Assembly (NCBI GenBank): GCA_964452145.1
Contig: CAYVLA010000009.1
Location: 28,206 to 63,864, forward strand
DNA length: 35,659 nucleotides
Source: Candidatus Hadarchaeota archaeon
GTDB lineage: Archaea > CAYQAE01 > CAYVLA01
Reading direction: 5' to 3'
The notes under the pieces are model-generated. The model worked only from the letters and a program-made list of their open reading frames with translations. It was not told where the DNA came from and made no database searches. Both the position numbers and the translations under genes were made by a program. Of this stretch, positions 1-9,944 are shown piece by piece; positions within the stretch are counted from its first letter, which is position 1; the number at the start of each line of letters is the position of its first letter.

Positions 1-310
1 GTCGTGGACGAAGGCTATCCTGAGCCGTTCTGCGGACACGCCAAGTACCACCACAGAATCGACGATACGTCACCAGCGGGCTCGAGGCCTACATCGACGG
101 TGGACGGGCGAATCTCGCGCATCTCCGTCGGCTCTATCGTGCCCTGCCGGACGACCTTAAGGTGTTGGATCTTGACCGCAGCGCATCGGGAAGATTCGAT
201 CACAGACCAGCCGAGGCACTGCTCTACCACCAGATGAAGACCCTCATGGAGAACGGAGATGCGGATCTTAGTCGCCACGTGATGAGGCGCATTCTGGCGA
301 TATCGACGTG
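1..310 (+). other. Possible 3' end of a gene cut by the window edge (possibly frameshifted)
   Basis: Frame 3 reads ...RYVTSGLEAYIDGGRANLAHLRRLYRALPDDLKVLDL...HVMRRILAIST* with a stop at 308-310, which looks protein-like. There is an in-frame stop near position 21. No family recognised. Confidence 0.25.
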
Positions 311-610
311 ACGTCCGCTGGGCAGGATCTGCCATGTTTCCGACGAACCTATCCGTCACCTCGGTGTGACGGCGAGTGTGCTCAGCTGCCAAGAAGGAGG
401 CCAGAGAGATGGGAGACGGGAAGAATCGGGATCTGGATTCGGTTCCCGCTCGGCCCCCGCCTAAGATCCATGCCCAAGATCCAACGCCTAGGCCGAATCG
501 CCTTGAGCCGACTCCAAGCCTGGGTATGCGATCCAAGCCCTGACAGAGCGAGATACACACGGCGGCGAGGATTCATCAGTGCCGAGGTCCTTCGGCGGTT
601 GCCAGGCATC

Positions 611-935
611 GGTGTCATCGATAGGTTCGGAGCAAACACCGCCGAACTCTACGATCTCCTCGACAAACTGGAGGAAGGACGCAAGGAGGCCAGCAGACTG
701 TACCTACGAGGCCAGTGCCAAGAATCCCTGCAAGCGATACACAGGGCCCTCGGAGGCATGCAAACCATCGCGACCGAATCGACCAAACTCAGAAGGAAAG
801 CCTTGCTCCGGGTCTACCTGACCGAGTACCTGGTCGTAACGGGGACATCGATGGTCTGCGGCTTTGTCCTCTGGACCTTCATGCTCAAGAGGAAGCTGTA
901 CAGGGAGGCTGCTGTCACCAAGCTCGCTCGCATAA
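611..935 (+). pseudogene. C-terminal remnant of the GATase1-like membrane protein family (paralogue 1)
   Basis: Within ORF 308..1066, IDRFGANT...KLRRKALLRVYLTEYLVVTGTSMVCGFVLWTFMLKRKLYREAAVTK matches the C-terminus of the six intact paralogues. The signal peptide and ectodomain are absent, conserved Trp residues are changed, and the frame runs past the usual end. Confidence 0.85.
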
Positions 936-1104
936 GAGCACAGACATGTCGGACCTTGCTCTCTCTCCCCATCTCTTTGAGGGGGTCCCCGGTCAACTCG
1001 CGGCCGAGGCCCAGCGTTGCAAGAACACGGCGTGTGTGGCACCCTGCGGCAGAATCGGAACGGTGAACGGCATTGACTCCGGAGCCGAGGGGCCTGAGCT
1101 CGGA

Positions 1105-2091
1105 CTACAACAGCTCGCTTCTCAGCTCCTCAGGGAGCCTTGGCGAAAGGTACGCGGGGGCGACATCGAAGACGGTCATCGCGCCGATCCGACCCTCTCC
1201 GTTCAGTCTGTATGCCGCCCTGGCATATGCAAGCAAGACATTTGCCGTGAACTCCGGGTTGCTGTCCAGCTTCAGAGCGAACTCCACCAGATGCTTGTGG
1301 TTGCGTCCCGTTCTGCCGGCTCTGAGGACGAAGCCACCGTGCGCCATCCCGGAGTGCTTGGCCTTCATCTCCTCTTTCGATATGAACGTGACCTTCGTAT
1401 CGTAGCCCGCGAAGTAGTTCGGCATGGTCTGTATCTCTCGCCTGATCCTCCCAAGGTCCGCGCCCTCCTCGGCCACGACGTAGCAGTCTCTGATGTGCAT
1501 CTCCCTGGAGGTCATGTTCGGATTGTTCCCGGATCTGGCCCTTCTGACGGCCTCATCTATGGGAATGGTGTACTGCACCGCGTCCTGAACGCCCCTGATC
1601 CCCCGTATCGCATTGGAATGGCCCTGGCTGACCCCGGGCCCCCAGAAAGTGTAGCCCTTTCCCATGGGCAGGGACACCTCCTCCACGAGCCTCATCAATG
1701 AGAAGAGGCCGGGATCCCAGCCGGTCGATATGATGCTCGTCTTCTTGGCCTTCCGGGCAACCTCGTCGATTTCTCTGAAGTACTCCGGGACTCGGGCATG
1801 GGTGTCGAAGCTGTCCACGGTGTTGAACGTCGAGGCGAAGACGGGCCCCTGCTTGGGCAGGTCGGTCGCAGAGCCTCCGCAGAGGATTGCGACATCGATG
1901 TCACCCACATAGTCGCGGGCACTTGAGACGGGGTGGACCGCGGCCTGCGGCGAGCGCGTCTTGAGCTTGCCGGAATCCCTCCTAGTGAAGATCCCTGCCA
2001 CAACCATGTCGGGGTTCTGTCTAATTCCGAGTTCAACGCCCTTGCCTATGTTCCCGTACCCTACTATGCCCACCCGTATCCGGTCGGCCAT
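1105..2091 (-). CDS. ddh: meso-diaminopimelate D-dehydrogenase
   Basis: Motifs IRVGIVGYGNIG, CGGSATDLP, NTVDSFDTHA, GWDPGLFS, YTFWGPGVSQGHS, HGGFV and SNPEFTA. ATG at 2091 is preceded by GGGGTG (ORF track start is 2118). Confidence 0.95.
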   Translation of the reverse strand: MADRIRVGIVGYGNIGKGVELGIRQNPDMVVAGIFTRRDSGKLKTRSPQAAVHPVSSARDYVGDIDVAILCGGSATDLPKQGPVFASTFNTVDSFDTHARVPEYFREIDEVARKAKKTSIISTGWDPGLFSLMRLVEEVSLPMGKGYTFWGPGVSQGHSNAIRGIRGVQDAVQYTIPIDEAVRRARSGNNPNMTSREMHIRDCYVVAEEGADLGRIRREIQTMPNYFAGYDTKVTFISKEEMKAKHSGMAHGGFVLRAGRTGRNHKHLVEFALKLDSNPEFTANVLLAYARAAYRLNGEGRIGAMTVFDVAPAYLSPRLPEELRSELL

Positions 2092-2310
2092 GCCAGCCCA
2101 CCCCTTCAGTTCTGTCACTGTGGAGCGCTCTTGTTCCCATCACTGGGGCCACGCGCTCCGTGGTGAGCGAGGATTCTTGGATCCGTGAATAAGTCTTTCC
2201 ACTCAAAGTAACTGCTAATCGGGGTTTACAGACAGGATCAACTGGCAACGCTGAAGAGCTGGGGAGCTGGGCACGATATCTATATCCGTTGCCTCTGGAG
2301 GGATGTTTGC

Positions 2311-3570
2311 ATGGAACGGGCATTGCTCGGATTGTTTACGCTTCTTTCACTGATTGCGGCGGCCCTCATCGGTCCTACGGGAGGGCATGCACAGAAGATA
2401 CAGGCCCTGCTGATCGGAAAGGTCATGCCCGAGTATCCCCCGGCTTCTTGGTTTGCATGCGAGCCCTTGGTTGACTATGCGCTCGTGCCCACGGGCATGT
2501 TCGGGGGTTACTCCTTCTCCATAGAGGAGGCCCAGCGATCGGTCAGGGCATACTTTCCTCGAAGCGACGACAAGCTGCATCGGTACGACTTCTTCACGTA
2601 TCGCGGCGTGTACATGGAGGCCTTTGCTCCCAGCCAGATCGAGGCCATGAGATCAGCCATCGTGAACCGGGGATCAGGGGCCCTGGTCGAGATCGGCGGC
2701 ATAACCAAGAACTGGGCGGAAGGGGTGAACTGGCCCTGGGTGCAATCTACCTTGGCTTCCGTCTTCCCCAACGACCCCGATGCGGGAGAGGTCTGGGCGG
2801 CCAACATCCAAGCCATTCACCTGCCTTACAAGGTTGTCGTCAATCGGGACCCATCCCTTCCGCCGCTTCTAAGGATGTTCCTGCCCTTGGGCATCGAAGG
2901 CGTCCGCGGCTACTGGTACATAGTCCTGATCGTGCCCCGGCAAGGCTCCACAACATGGGGCTGGGCAAAGGGAGCATATCCAGGCGTTCTCGGAGGCGAC
3001 CCGCCTTGGCTCCTCTCGTGGAAGTATCACGATTCGGTGACATGGTCGCTTGCGGATGCCGTGGACGCACCGTGGTGGGACGACGTATTCTACCCATCTG
3101 ACCAGAAGTACGGCCTGGACATCATGATGAACCTGATACTGTATTCGCTCGGAAGGCCGCTCCCCGACAACGTCCTGCTTGTGAACTCGGTTCGCCACAG
3201 GTTCGAGCTGCATGCTCAGAGAATGTCCACTCTCACATCCTACATGGATTTCGTTGAACGGTTCGGGGTGAGCACCGCCAAGCTTCTTGAAGCCAAGCGG
3301 AATGTTGACCTAGCCATGGACAAGGCCATGGACACGTACCTAAAGGGCGACTACCAACGGTCTTTGGAGGAATGCCAGGAAGCACTAGATAGCATTCACA
3401 ACCTTGAGGCGAAGGTCGTGGAGTGGAAGAACCAGGCACTCTACTGGGTCTACCTCACCGAATGGACCGCCGTCGCAGGCACCCTGATGATCACAGGATA
3501 CGTACTGTACTTGCTAATGCTTCACAGGCGGCTTTACCGCACGGTTGATACCACGCGGATGACAAGATAG
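2311..3570 (+). CDS. Membrane-anchored GATase1-like (DUF1355-type) domain protein, paralogue 2
   Basis: N-terminal signal peptide; RAYFPRS..YDF; WVQSTLASVFPND; LGRPLPDN; DFVERFG; C-terminal KNQALYWVYLTEW...HRRLYRTVDTTR. TATA-like TCTATATC about 25 nt upstream. Confidence 0.85.
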   Translation: MERALLGLFTLLSLIAAALIGPTGGHAQKIQALLIGKVMPEYPPASWFACEPLVDYALVPTGMFGGYSFSIEEAQRSVRAYFPRSDDKLHRYDFFTYRGVYMEAFAPSQIEAMRSAIVNRGSGALVEIGGITKNWAEGVNWPWVQSTLASVFPNDPDAGEVWAANIQAIHLPYKVVVNRDPSLPPLLRMFLPLGIEGVRGYWYIVLIVPRQGSTTWGWAKGAYPGVLGGDPPWLLSWKYHDSVTWSLADAVDAPWWDDVFYPSDQKYGLDIMMNLILYSLGRPLPDNVLLVNSVRHRFELHAQRMSTLTSYMDFVERFGVSTAKLLEAKRNVDLAMDKAMDTYLKGDYQRSLEECQEALDSIHNLEAKVVEWKNQALYWVYLTEWTAVAGTLMITGYVLYLLMLHRRLYRTVDTTRMTR

Positions 3571-3718
3571 CCGGCTCCGTTCCCCGCCCTGGAGTGCGAC
3601 CCTTGCACACCAATCGACCCCGGGCGGAGGATGAGGCCGAACGGGATGCCTCTCATTTATCTTTCTGGGTCAACAGAGCCGGGCCCATCTCTGCTCGATC
3701 AACCACTAGGCGGTCAGA

Positions 3719-4729
3719 ATGAATCAGATCCGACAAGGCGGCGAAACGGCGAAGGAGTTGGTTCGGCGCGCGGCGCTTTTCGATGGCCCGGAGAGGGTTC
3801 CCCGCTCCCTGCCCGATCCCTGGGGAAGCGATTTCCTCCGGGTCGGAGTGAAGCCTGACCCGAAATGGAGGCCTTCGGTGGAGGGGGAGGATGAATGGGG
3901 CTGCGTGTGGAAGAAGGTCTCGCCCAACGACAGGACGAAGGGACAGGTCAAGGTCCATCCCATCGACGACTGGGCGAAGCTCGACGACTATCGCTTCCCC
4001 GCATACGATCTTGCAGACCGCTACAAACACATCCCCAACGAGCTGATCCACGACGGAGACAGAAGATTCGTCTTGGCTTCGGTTCCTTTTTCGCTGATAC
4101 ACCGACTGCGGTATCTCAGGGGCAACCGGCAAGCCATGCTTGATCCTTACAGGAACCCCGCCGAGCTGCGCTTCCTTCTCGGGCGGATGACCGAGATCGG
4201 CTTGGAGGCTTTGGAACGTTTGGCATCGCTGGGAATCGACGGCATCATCTCGGCGGATGACTGGGGCCTACAGGACAGATCCTTCATGAGCCCCGAGGTC
4301 TTCCGCAAGTACTTCAAGCCCCACTATGCGCGTTTCTATCACCGCGCCCACGAGCACGGCCTGCTCACGTTCCTGCACAGCTGCGGCCACATCAGCGAGC
4401 TGCTCGAGGATTTCGTAGGGGCCGAGTTGGACGTCATTCAGATGGATCAACAGGAGAACATGGGCCTCGAGAACCTTGCCGACCAGTTCGGGGGGAGGAT
4501 ATGCTTCTGGTGCCCGGTTGACATACAGAACACCATGGTGAGCGGCAGTGTGAAGGACGTGGCCGAGTACGCACGGAAGCTGATTGGGTGCTTGGGTGCC
4601 TACGACGGCGGGTTCATGGCGAAATGGTACGGCGGAGGGGAGGTCGTGGGGCATTCCGCGGAGAAGGTCACCGCGATGGCAGAGGCCTTTGTTCGGTACG
4701 GGAGATACAAGCCTGGAGACCAGGCCTGA
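3719..4729 (+). CDS. Uroporphyrinogen decarboxylase / MtaA-CmuA methyltransferase-like family protein
   Basis: Motifs DEWGCVW, HPIDDW, YLRG, DDWGLQ...MSPEVFRKYFKP, LHSCG and FWCPVDIQ are typical of URO-D-like TIM barrels. Exact start uncertain. Confidence 0.85.
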   Translation: MNQIRQGGETAKELVRRAALFDGPERVPRSLPDPWGSDFLRVGVKPDPKWRPSVEGEDEWGCVWKKVSPNDRTKGQVKVHPIDDWAKLDDYRFPAYDLADRYKHIPNELIHDGDRRFVLASVPFSLIHRLRYLRGNRQAMLDPYRNPAELRFLLGRMTEIGLEALERLASLGIDGIISADDWGLQDRSFMSPEVFRKYFKPHYARFYHRAHEHGLLTFLHSCGHISELLEDFVGAELDVIQMDQQENMGLENLADQFGGRICFWCPVDIQNTMVSGSVKDVAEYARKLIGCLGAYDGGFMAKWYGGGEVVGHSAEKVTAMAEAFVRYGRYKPGDQA

Positions 4730-5080
4730 ATGCCAGAGGCGGGATCAGGCCATAGTGCTTGTAGATCTTGCCCAACTGTCAAGCTCGTTGCAGGCCAAAG
4801 CCAGCCAAATCGGTCCTCAGGCCAGAAGAGGCGAGGAGAGACTGCTCTGCACTGGCAACCAGAATGTCTCATGTGAGGAGGAGAGACAACGGTTACACCG
4901 GATCATGGATTCCGACCGAGATCCGAGAAGACCAATCGCTCTTCAGCATCCGCTCTGGCCAGCGACCCGCGACGGAAAACGTAAAAGCCCCGGCGTAACC
5001 GTATCGCGCTGAAAGTCTTGATTCTCGACCGCAGCAGATCATCCCGGGCCCGTCTGGCAGGTGGTTTTTCCCGCGCCGTC

Positions 5081-6358
5081 ATGGTTCTTGCCGGCGTGGC
5101 CCTGTTCATGAGCACGTGCCTCATACTGCAGCTTCCAGCTTCATCTGGCTCGCAGGACGGCAGGATAGGGGTTCTCTACATCGGCTGTCTCGCCCGTTCC
5201 ACGCCGTTCTGGTGGATGAGGTCCGACATGCTTTTCTCAATGAACTTTGTGCAGGCGACTCTGCGGGACTGGGCGGCATGGGGGCCTACACAGGTGGCCA
5301 TCTCCGACGCGCAGGTCTACAGGATGATCAGGCTCTACATGCCCCGAACGGTCTCCGATCTTTCGTCCCGCTTCGATGTCATCATCCTCGCAAACGCCAA
5401 CAGGTTGGCCGTGTCACCCCAGAACGTGGATATGCTCGCAAGAGGGGTCAGCGAGGCGTTGATGGGCCTTGTGATGTTCGGTGGGTGGGAGAGCTTCGGT
5501 GGCACGGGTTCTTCATACCCGCCCTGGGGAGACACAGCGGTCGGAGCACTGCTGCCCACCGAGGACGCAGGGCCGATCTACATCTATCTTCCCGCCGGAT
5601 CCCACCGCCTAGTCATCGACAGGCCCGAGCAGGAATTCATATCCAGCCTTCCATGGGACAGGAGGCAGCCCTTCATGTACAACTTTCATCACAACCTTGT
5701 GAGGGCGAAGGCCGGATCAGACGTGCTGGCCCACGTTGAGGGCTTGGCATACAGGGATCACCCCGGGTTCGTGACTTGGGAGCTGGAAAATGGGGCGAGG
5801 ACCTTCGCGATCACGGGCGAGATCATAGGGCCGAGTTCGGAGCCCGGGCAACTGCATACGATGTGCACCAGAGGAGACCCCTGGGAGTACGCCTTGGATT
5901 TCGGCGCCAACCTGATGATCTACCTTGACCGACGCCCGGTTCCACAGGACATCCAGCTTGTTCACCGGGTCAGAACGAGCATGTTCCAGCTTGGCACGAG
6001 AAAGTCCCTGCTATACGGGCTACTGGAGTTTTGCGACTCCTTCGGGGCCAACACGGCCAATATCCATGTGAGAATCGACCAAACCAACCAGATGGCCCTG
6101 AACGTGCTGCCCTCGTACCTGGAGCTCCGCTTCGACGAAGTCCTGGATACCTATGAACGGATTCATGAACTGATGGTCGGGATCGAGGAGGACGCGGTGA
6201 GGCTCAAGAACCGTGCCCTGCTCTGGGTCTACCTGATCGAGTGGCTCGCGGTAACCGGAACGGCCATGGTCGCGGGCTCCCTACTATGGGCCGTAATGGT
6301 CCGCCGCATGCTGTGGAGAGAGGTCGGCAGAACCAGAATGATGACCCGCGATCTTTGA
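5081..6358 (+). CDS. Membrane-anchored GATase1-like domain protein, paralogue 3
   Basis: Signal peptide; RIGVLYIG; RLYMPRT..FDVIIL; GLVMFGGWESFGG..WGDTAVGALLP (the clearest GATase1_like/DUF1355 motif); KNRALLWVYLIEW...RRMLWREVGRTR. ATG 5081 chosen over TTG 5018. Confidence 0.85.
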   Translation: MVLAGVALFMSTCLILQLPASSGSQDGRIGVLYIGCLARSTPFWWMRSDMLFSMNFVQATLRDWAAWGPTQVAISDAQVYRMIRLYMPRTVSDLSSRFDVIILANANRLAVSPQNVDMLARGVSEALMGLVMFGGWESFGGTGSSYPPWGDTAVGALLPTEDAGPIYIYLPAGSHRLVIDRPEQEFISSLPWDRRQPFMYNFHHNLVRAKAGSDVLAHVEGLAYRDHPGFVTWELENGARTFAITGEIIGPSSEPGQLHTMCTRGDPWEYALDFGANLMIYLDRRPVPQDIQLVHRVRTSMFQLGTRKSLLYGLLEFCDSFGANTANIHVRIDQTNQMALNVLPSYLELRFDEVLDTYERIHELMVGIEEDAVRLKNRALLWVYLIEWLAVTGTAMVAGSLLWAVMVRRMLWREVGRTRMMTRDL

Positions 6359-6537
6359 GCCCAGCATCGGACCCCGCATCCCGCGGGGCACAGAGCCGTT
6401 CGCGCTGCTCCGCGCAGGCAGATCGCTCTTTGCGGGGACGATCTCCTCATCGGTGCCCATCAACGCGCAATGCCGAGGATTCGGCTGACGATGCGGAACG
6501 ATGTCGACCGAGATCTTTCGACGATTCAGACGATCCG

Positions 6538-7512
6538 CTATTCCCAGGCGAAGACGTAGGTGAGGATGCTCCCCCTCTTGCGAAGCAGCCTCGAATACGC
6601 TGACTGCGCCTTGGAGGGAGCGATCACCCGGTAAAGGCGATCGACTCTGATCCTTCCCTCTGCCAGCCACCTGAGCGCCGCCTCCAGATTCCCGTATATC
6701 GAGTTCCCCTGGAAATCCGACGGCCTTAGGGGCAGCTCCCACTCCCAGCCGCTGCGCAGAGTGACGTACCCGTGGAACACATGGCGAAGCAGTTCATGGG
6801 CGTAGATATCGGTGAGGCGTTTCCACGGGACCCCGACCATCGCCAATTCGCCGCCCTTCCTCAACACGCGGCACCCACCTACGACCGCTTGCTCATGACC
6901 CGAGCACTCAACCACCAGCCCGACGCGCCCTTCGATCCCGCGCTCGCCTACAGGGACTTCAGGAACGACACAGCGGATGCCCGACTTCTTGGCGACTGCT
7001 CGACGGGAGGGGCTCGGCTCGCAGGCTATGACATCGTATCCGCAGGAGGAGAAGATCTGGGCAGCGACGTTTCCGACGATTCCGAGGCCGGTGACCAGGA
7101 CCTTCTCGGGAGGCCTTATCCGCGTCGTGTGCAATGTGGTCATGGTTATTGCCATGATGCGTGCGAAGAGCGCTACGTTGGAATCAAGTCCTGCGGGAAC
7201 GATCACAACACCATCGCGCGCGGATCTCTGATACGACCTATGCGGCCCCATGCAGAAAACCCGGTCCCCTGCACGCAGATCATCAACCTCGCATCCCGTG
7301 CGCTCCACCCGGAAGACCGCCGCATATCCGGGATGGCGAGGAAAGGTGTCGCCGTCATAGATGGCAAGTTCGGTCCCGGGGCTCACCAGAGTTGCGATCG
7401 TCCCTCCCTCCACGTCCATGGTCCCCAGTTCGGTGGCCTCGCCTTGGCTCGCAACCATCTCCGCCCTCCGCCTAGAGGTGAACACGATGGAGTTATCTCG
7501 GCGGATGCTCAA
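6538..7512 (-). CDS. Medium-chain (zinc-binding type) alcohol dehydrogenase family protein
   Basis: SPGTE and FPRHPGY (GY in place of GHE), GDRVF, Rossmann motif GLGIVG, VECSG. Start overlaps the stop of the upstream epimerase gene. Confidence 0.9.
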   Translation of the reverse strand: MSIRRDNSIVFTSRRRAEMVASQGEATELGTMDVEGGTIATLVSPGTELAIYDGDTFPRHPGYAAVFRVERTGCEVDDLRAGDRVFCMGPHRSYQRSARDGVVIVPAGLDSNVALFARIMAITMTTLHTTRIRPPEKVLVTGLGIVGNVAAQIFSSCGYDVIACEPSPSRRAVAKKSGIRCVVPEVPVGERGIEGRVGLVVECSGHEQAVVGGCRVLRKGGELAMVGVPWKRLTDIYAHELLRHVFHGYVTLRSGWEWELPLRPSDFQGNSIYGNLEAALRWLAEGRIRVDRLYRVIAPSKAQSAYSRLLRKRGSILTYVFAWE

Positions 7513-8345
7513 ACGATCACGACCCCGAGATCCTTCGCAACCGACCTTATGTATGCGATGGCGAGCTGGTACTCCCGCTCGCCCTCAAGGTGTTCGACCA
7601 TCAGGGGCGTATCCGGGTCGATCCCGTCCAGCTCCCCGAGCAGCGCCCGGTAGTCCAGATTGCCCGTGCCCGGTCCAACCTCGCTGAGATGGAGTGTGAG
7701 CTGGTCGGAAAGCAGGATGTCCTTGGCGTGGCAGCTCCTGATGAGCGGGCCCAGCTGCCTGAAGCACTCGCGCGTCAGCTCCGCATTCCCGTAGTACTTC
7801 TCCACGCTGTTAACGAGATTCACGGTGTCGAGATGGACCGCGAATCGGTCCCGGTCAATTGCCTGGACCAGCTCAAGGTATGACTGGGGCGAGTTGGGGT
7901 ACATCCAGGGCATGGTCTCCAGCGTGTAGTAGGTGTTAGTCGGATTGACGGAGTCGATTATCTCGCGCACGGTCCGAACGATGAGGTCGAACGTCTTCCT
8001 GGTCAGATTGTTGGGGTCGGGGCCGTCCCACTTGGGGCCTCTGGAACCTGAGATATTCACGCAGCAGCGAGCACCGATCCGATCGGCGAGTCCAAGCTGG
8101 GTCTTGCACGTCTCAAGTGCCTTCCTGCGGATTGCCCGATCAGGGCTCAGTGGATTGCTCCAGGCGCCCACCTCCGCTATGACCACGTTCACCCGTTTCG
8201 CGGCTTCGGAGTACTGCTGTACCACGCTTGGCGGATCCTGGGCCGACACAGGACAATACGCGGCTCCGTAGCCGCACTTCTTCAGCCGTGCAGCCCATGA
8301 ATCCGGATCGGGACTTTGTAGGAATACCGGTGCGCCCAGTCTCGT
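7509..8345 (-). CDS. Sugar phosphate isomerase/epimerase (xylose isomerase-like TIM barrel), atypical start
   Basis: Motifs AEVGAWSNPL, YTLETMPW, HLDTVN, CHAKD, EVGPGTGNLDY and VEHL. The frame extends upstream of the track start (8249) through RLGAPVF...GYGAAYCP to ACG at 8345, downstream of GGAGGAG. Confidence 0.85.
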   Translation of the reverse strand, partial: TRLGAPVFLQSPDPDSWAARLKKCGYGAAYCPVSAQDPPSVVQQYSEAAKRVNVVIAEVGAWSNPLSPDRAIRRKALETCKTQLGLADRIGARCCVNISGSRGPKWDGPDPNNLTRKTFDLIVRTVREIIDSVNPTNTYYTLETMPWMYPNSPQSYLELVQAIDRDRFAVHLDTVNLVNSVEKYYGNAELTRECFRQLGPLIRSCHAKDILLSDQLTLHLSEVGPGTGNLDYRALLGELDGIDPDTPLMVEHLEGEREYQLAIAYIRSVAKDLGVVIV

Positions 8346-8699
8346 ATCACATCTCCTCCTTTGCTCTCATCCACCCTGTGGATGACTGGTCGGGATTCCC
8401 CACCCAGCTGTAAAGGTTTCCTCTTCCCTCCGCCACATGTTGTGCAGTCGAAGTCAGAGGAGTCCAGTCTTGGCCGGGTCACCTAATTTACAGCCGGCCA
8501 GTGCGAGTATTCCGTAGAAGTTCGCTTGCCGGCCAATGCTCGCCGCGCGCCATGACATCCTGCATGCATCGAATCCCCCGGAAGCGTATGTCTGCGTCCA
8601 GTCATCGGCTTTGCGCGCTTGACGGACTATGGGGAACGGTCCTCGGCCGAGCGAACAGAGCTTTATCAAGTTGCGCCACGTCCGGTCTTTGGTGAGAAG

Positions 8700-9944
8700 A
8701 TGAGGAGCTGGACCATTCTGGGTGCGGTCGCCTTGATTGTCGCGGTGGCGGTGGGAACGGGACTGGGCCAGGAAAAACCTCACAGGATCAGGATCCTGGC
8801 AACCGGAAAGGCGGAAAGCACCCCCGTCCTCGCCGTCTGGTTCGTTACCGAGCCCTCCACAGATGCTACCGTCTTCCCCACGCGAGTATGGGGTGCCGTC
8901 AACCCTGAGGACATCAGGCGCTACATGAGGCTCTATTTTCCCAGAACCTTCGGCGACCTGTTGGCATACGAATTCATCTTCCTGGCACAGGTTGACATGA
9001 CCTTCTTCACGTCCGAGCAGCAGAAGTGGCTCTACGACGCTCTCACCAGCTATCCGAGGGCCGGGGTGAATACAAGGAGCGTCATGAGCGCCAATACGCC
9101 TCTGAACGAGCCTTGGAGGCTTAGCATCCTGTCCAGGGCATTCCCCAACGATGTGGAGGCGGTGCTGGCGGACAACATCAACTTCCAAGGCGTGGCCGGC
9201 CCTCTGGTCATAAAGGATGATGCGGAACTGCCCAACATCATGAAGCCCTTCAAGAAGATGATCGAACCCATATTCCCCATCTACGCAGGCCTAAACACCA
9301 TACCCAAGCCGGGATCCGTAATACTATCCTACACCAGGAACGCGAAGGGGATCGGAGCACCTATACCCGGCCAGATAGCCCACGTCTTCTACTGGAAGTG
9401 GAACAACTCGATCATATTCACCTTCAGGGATATGGTGTATGACCCCTTCTGGAGCCCGAAGGAAAGCCCGGTCTCCAACCCGTACGCGCTCGACATCATC
9501 GCTAACATGATCTGGTTCGCCACAGGCAGGGAGCTGCCCGAGGACCCGCTCAAGGTCCATCTGTACAGACGGCTGGTGTACGAATACAACATTCGGAGAT
9601 CCCTCTTGACGAGCTTGCTCGATTTCGCCGAGAAGTTCGGCGCCAATCCCGTGAACCAGTACTCGCGTCTGGAGGAGATCGACCAGGTCGGACGCGACGC
9701 GGCGAGGCTCTATCTGGAGAGGGACTACGACGGAGCATACGACGTGATGAACGAGGCCACGGGGCAACTGATGGACCTGGACAGAAACGCTGCCAAGCTG
9801 AAGGACAGGGCCCTGTTTTGGGTCTATCTGGTTGAATGGTCCGTCACGACTGCGGCATTTCTCGTCGCCGGTGTGGTGCTCTGGTCGCTGATGGTGAGGA
9901 AGGCACTTTACCGGGAGGTAGGGGCGACCAAGTGGACCCGGTAG
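8700..9944 (+). CDS. Membrane-anchored GATase1-like domain protein, paralogue 4
   Basis: GGTGA then ATG 8700; signal peptide; RRYMRLYFPRT..YEFIFL; AFPND; NPYALD; GRELPED; DFAEKFGAN; KDRALFWVYLVEW...RKALYREVGATK. Confidence 0.87.
   Translation: MRSWTILGAVALIVAVAVGTGLGQEKPHRIRILATGKAESTPVLAVWFVTEPSTDATVFPTRVWGAVNPEDIRRYMRLYFPRTFGDLLAYEFIFLAQVDMTFFTSEQQKWLYDALTSYPRAGVNTRSVMSANTPLNEPWRLSILSRAFPNDVEAVLADNINFQGVAGPLVIKDDAELPNIMKPFKKMIEPIFPIYAGLNTIPKPGSVILSYTRNAKGIGAPIPGQIAHVFYWKWNNSIIFTFRDMVYDPFWSPKESPVSNPYALDIIANMIWFATGRELPEDPLKVHLYRRLVYEYNIRRSLLTSLLDFAEKFGANPVNQYSRLEEIDQVGRDAARLYLERDYDGAYDVMNEATGQLMDLDRNAAKLKDRALFWVYLVEWSVTTAAFLVAGVVLWSLMVRKALYREVGATKWTR

Noticed and set aside
308..1066. 252-aa ORF as an intact gene
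   Set aside because: Only 611-935 is homologous to the paralogue family; the flanks are low-complexity read-through.
715..1701. 328-aa plus-strand ORF
   Set aside because: Antisense shadow of ddh in GC-rich DNA.
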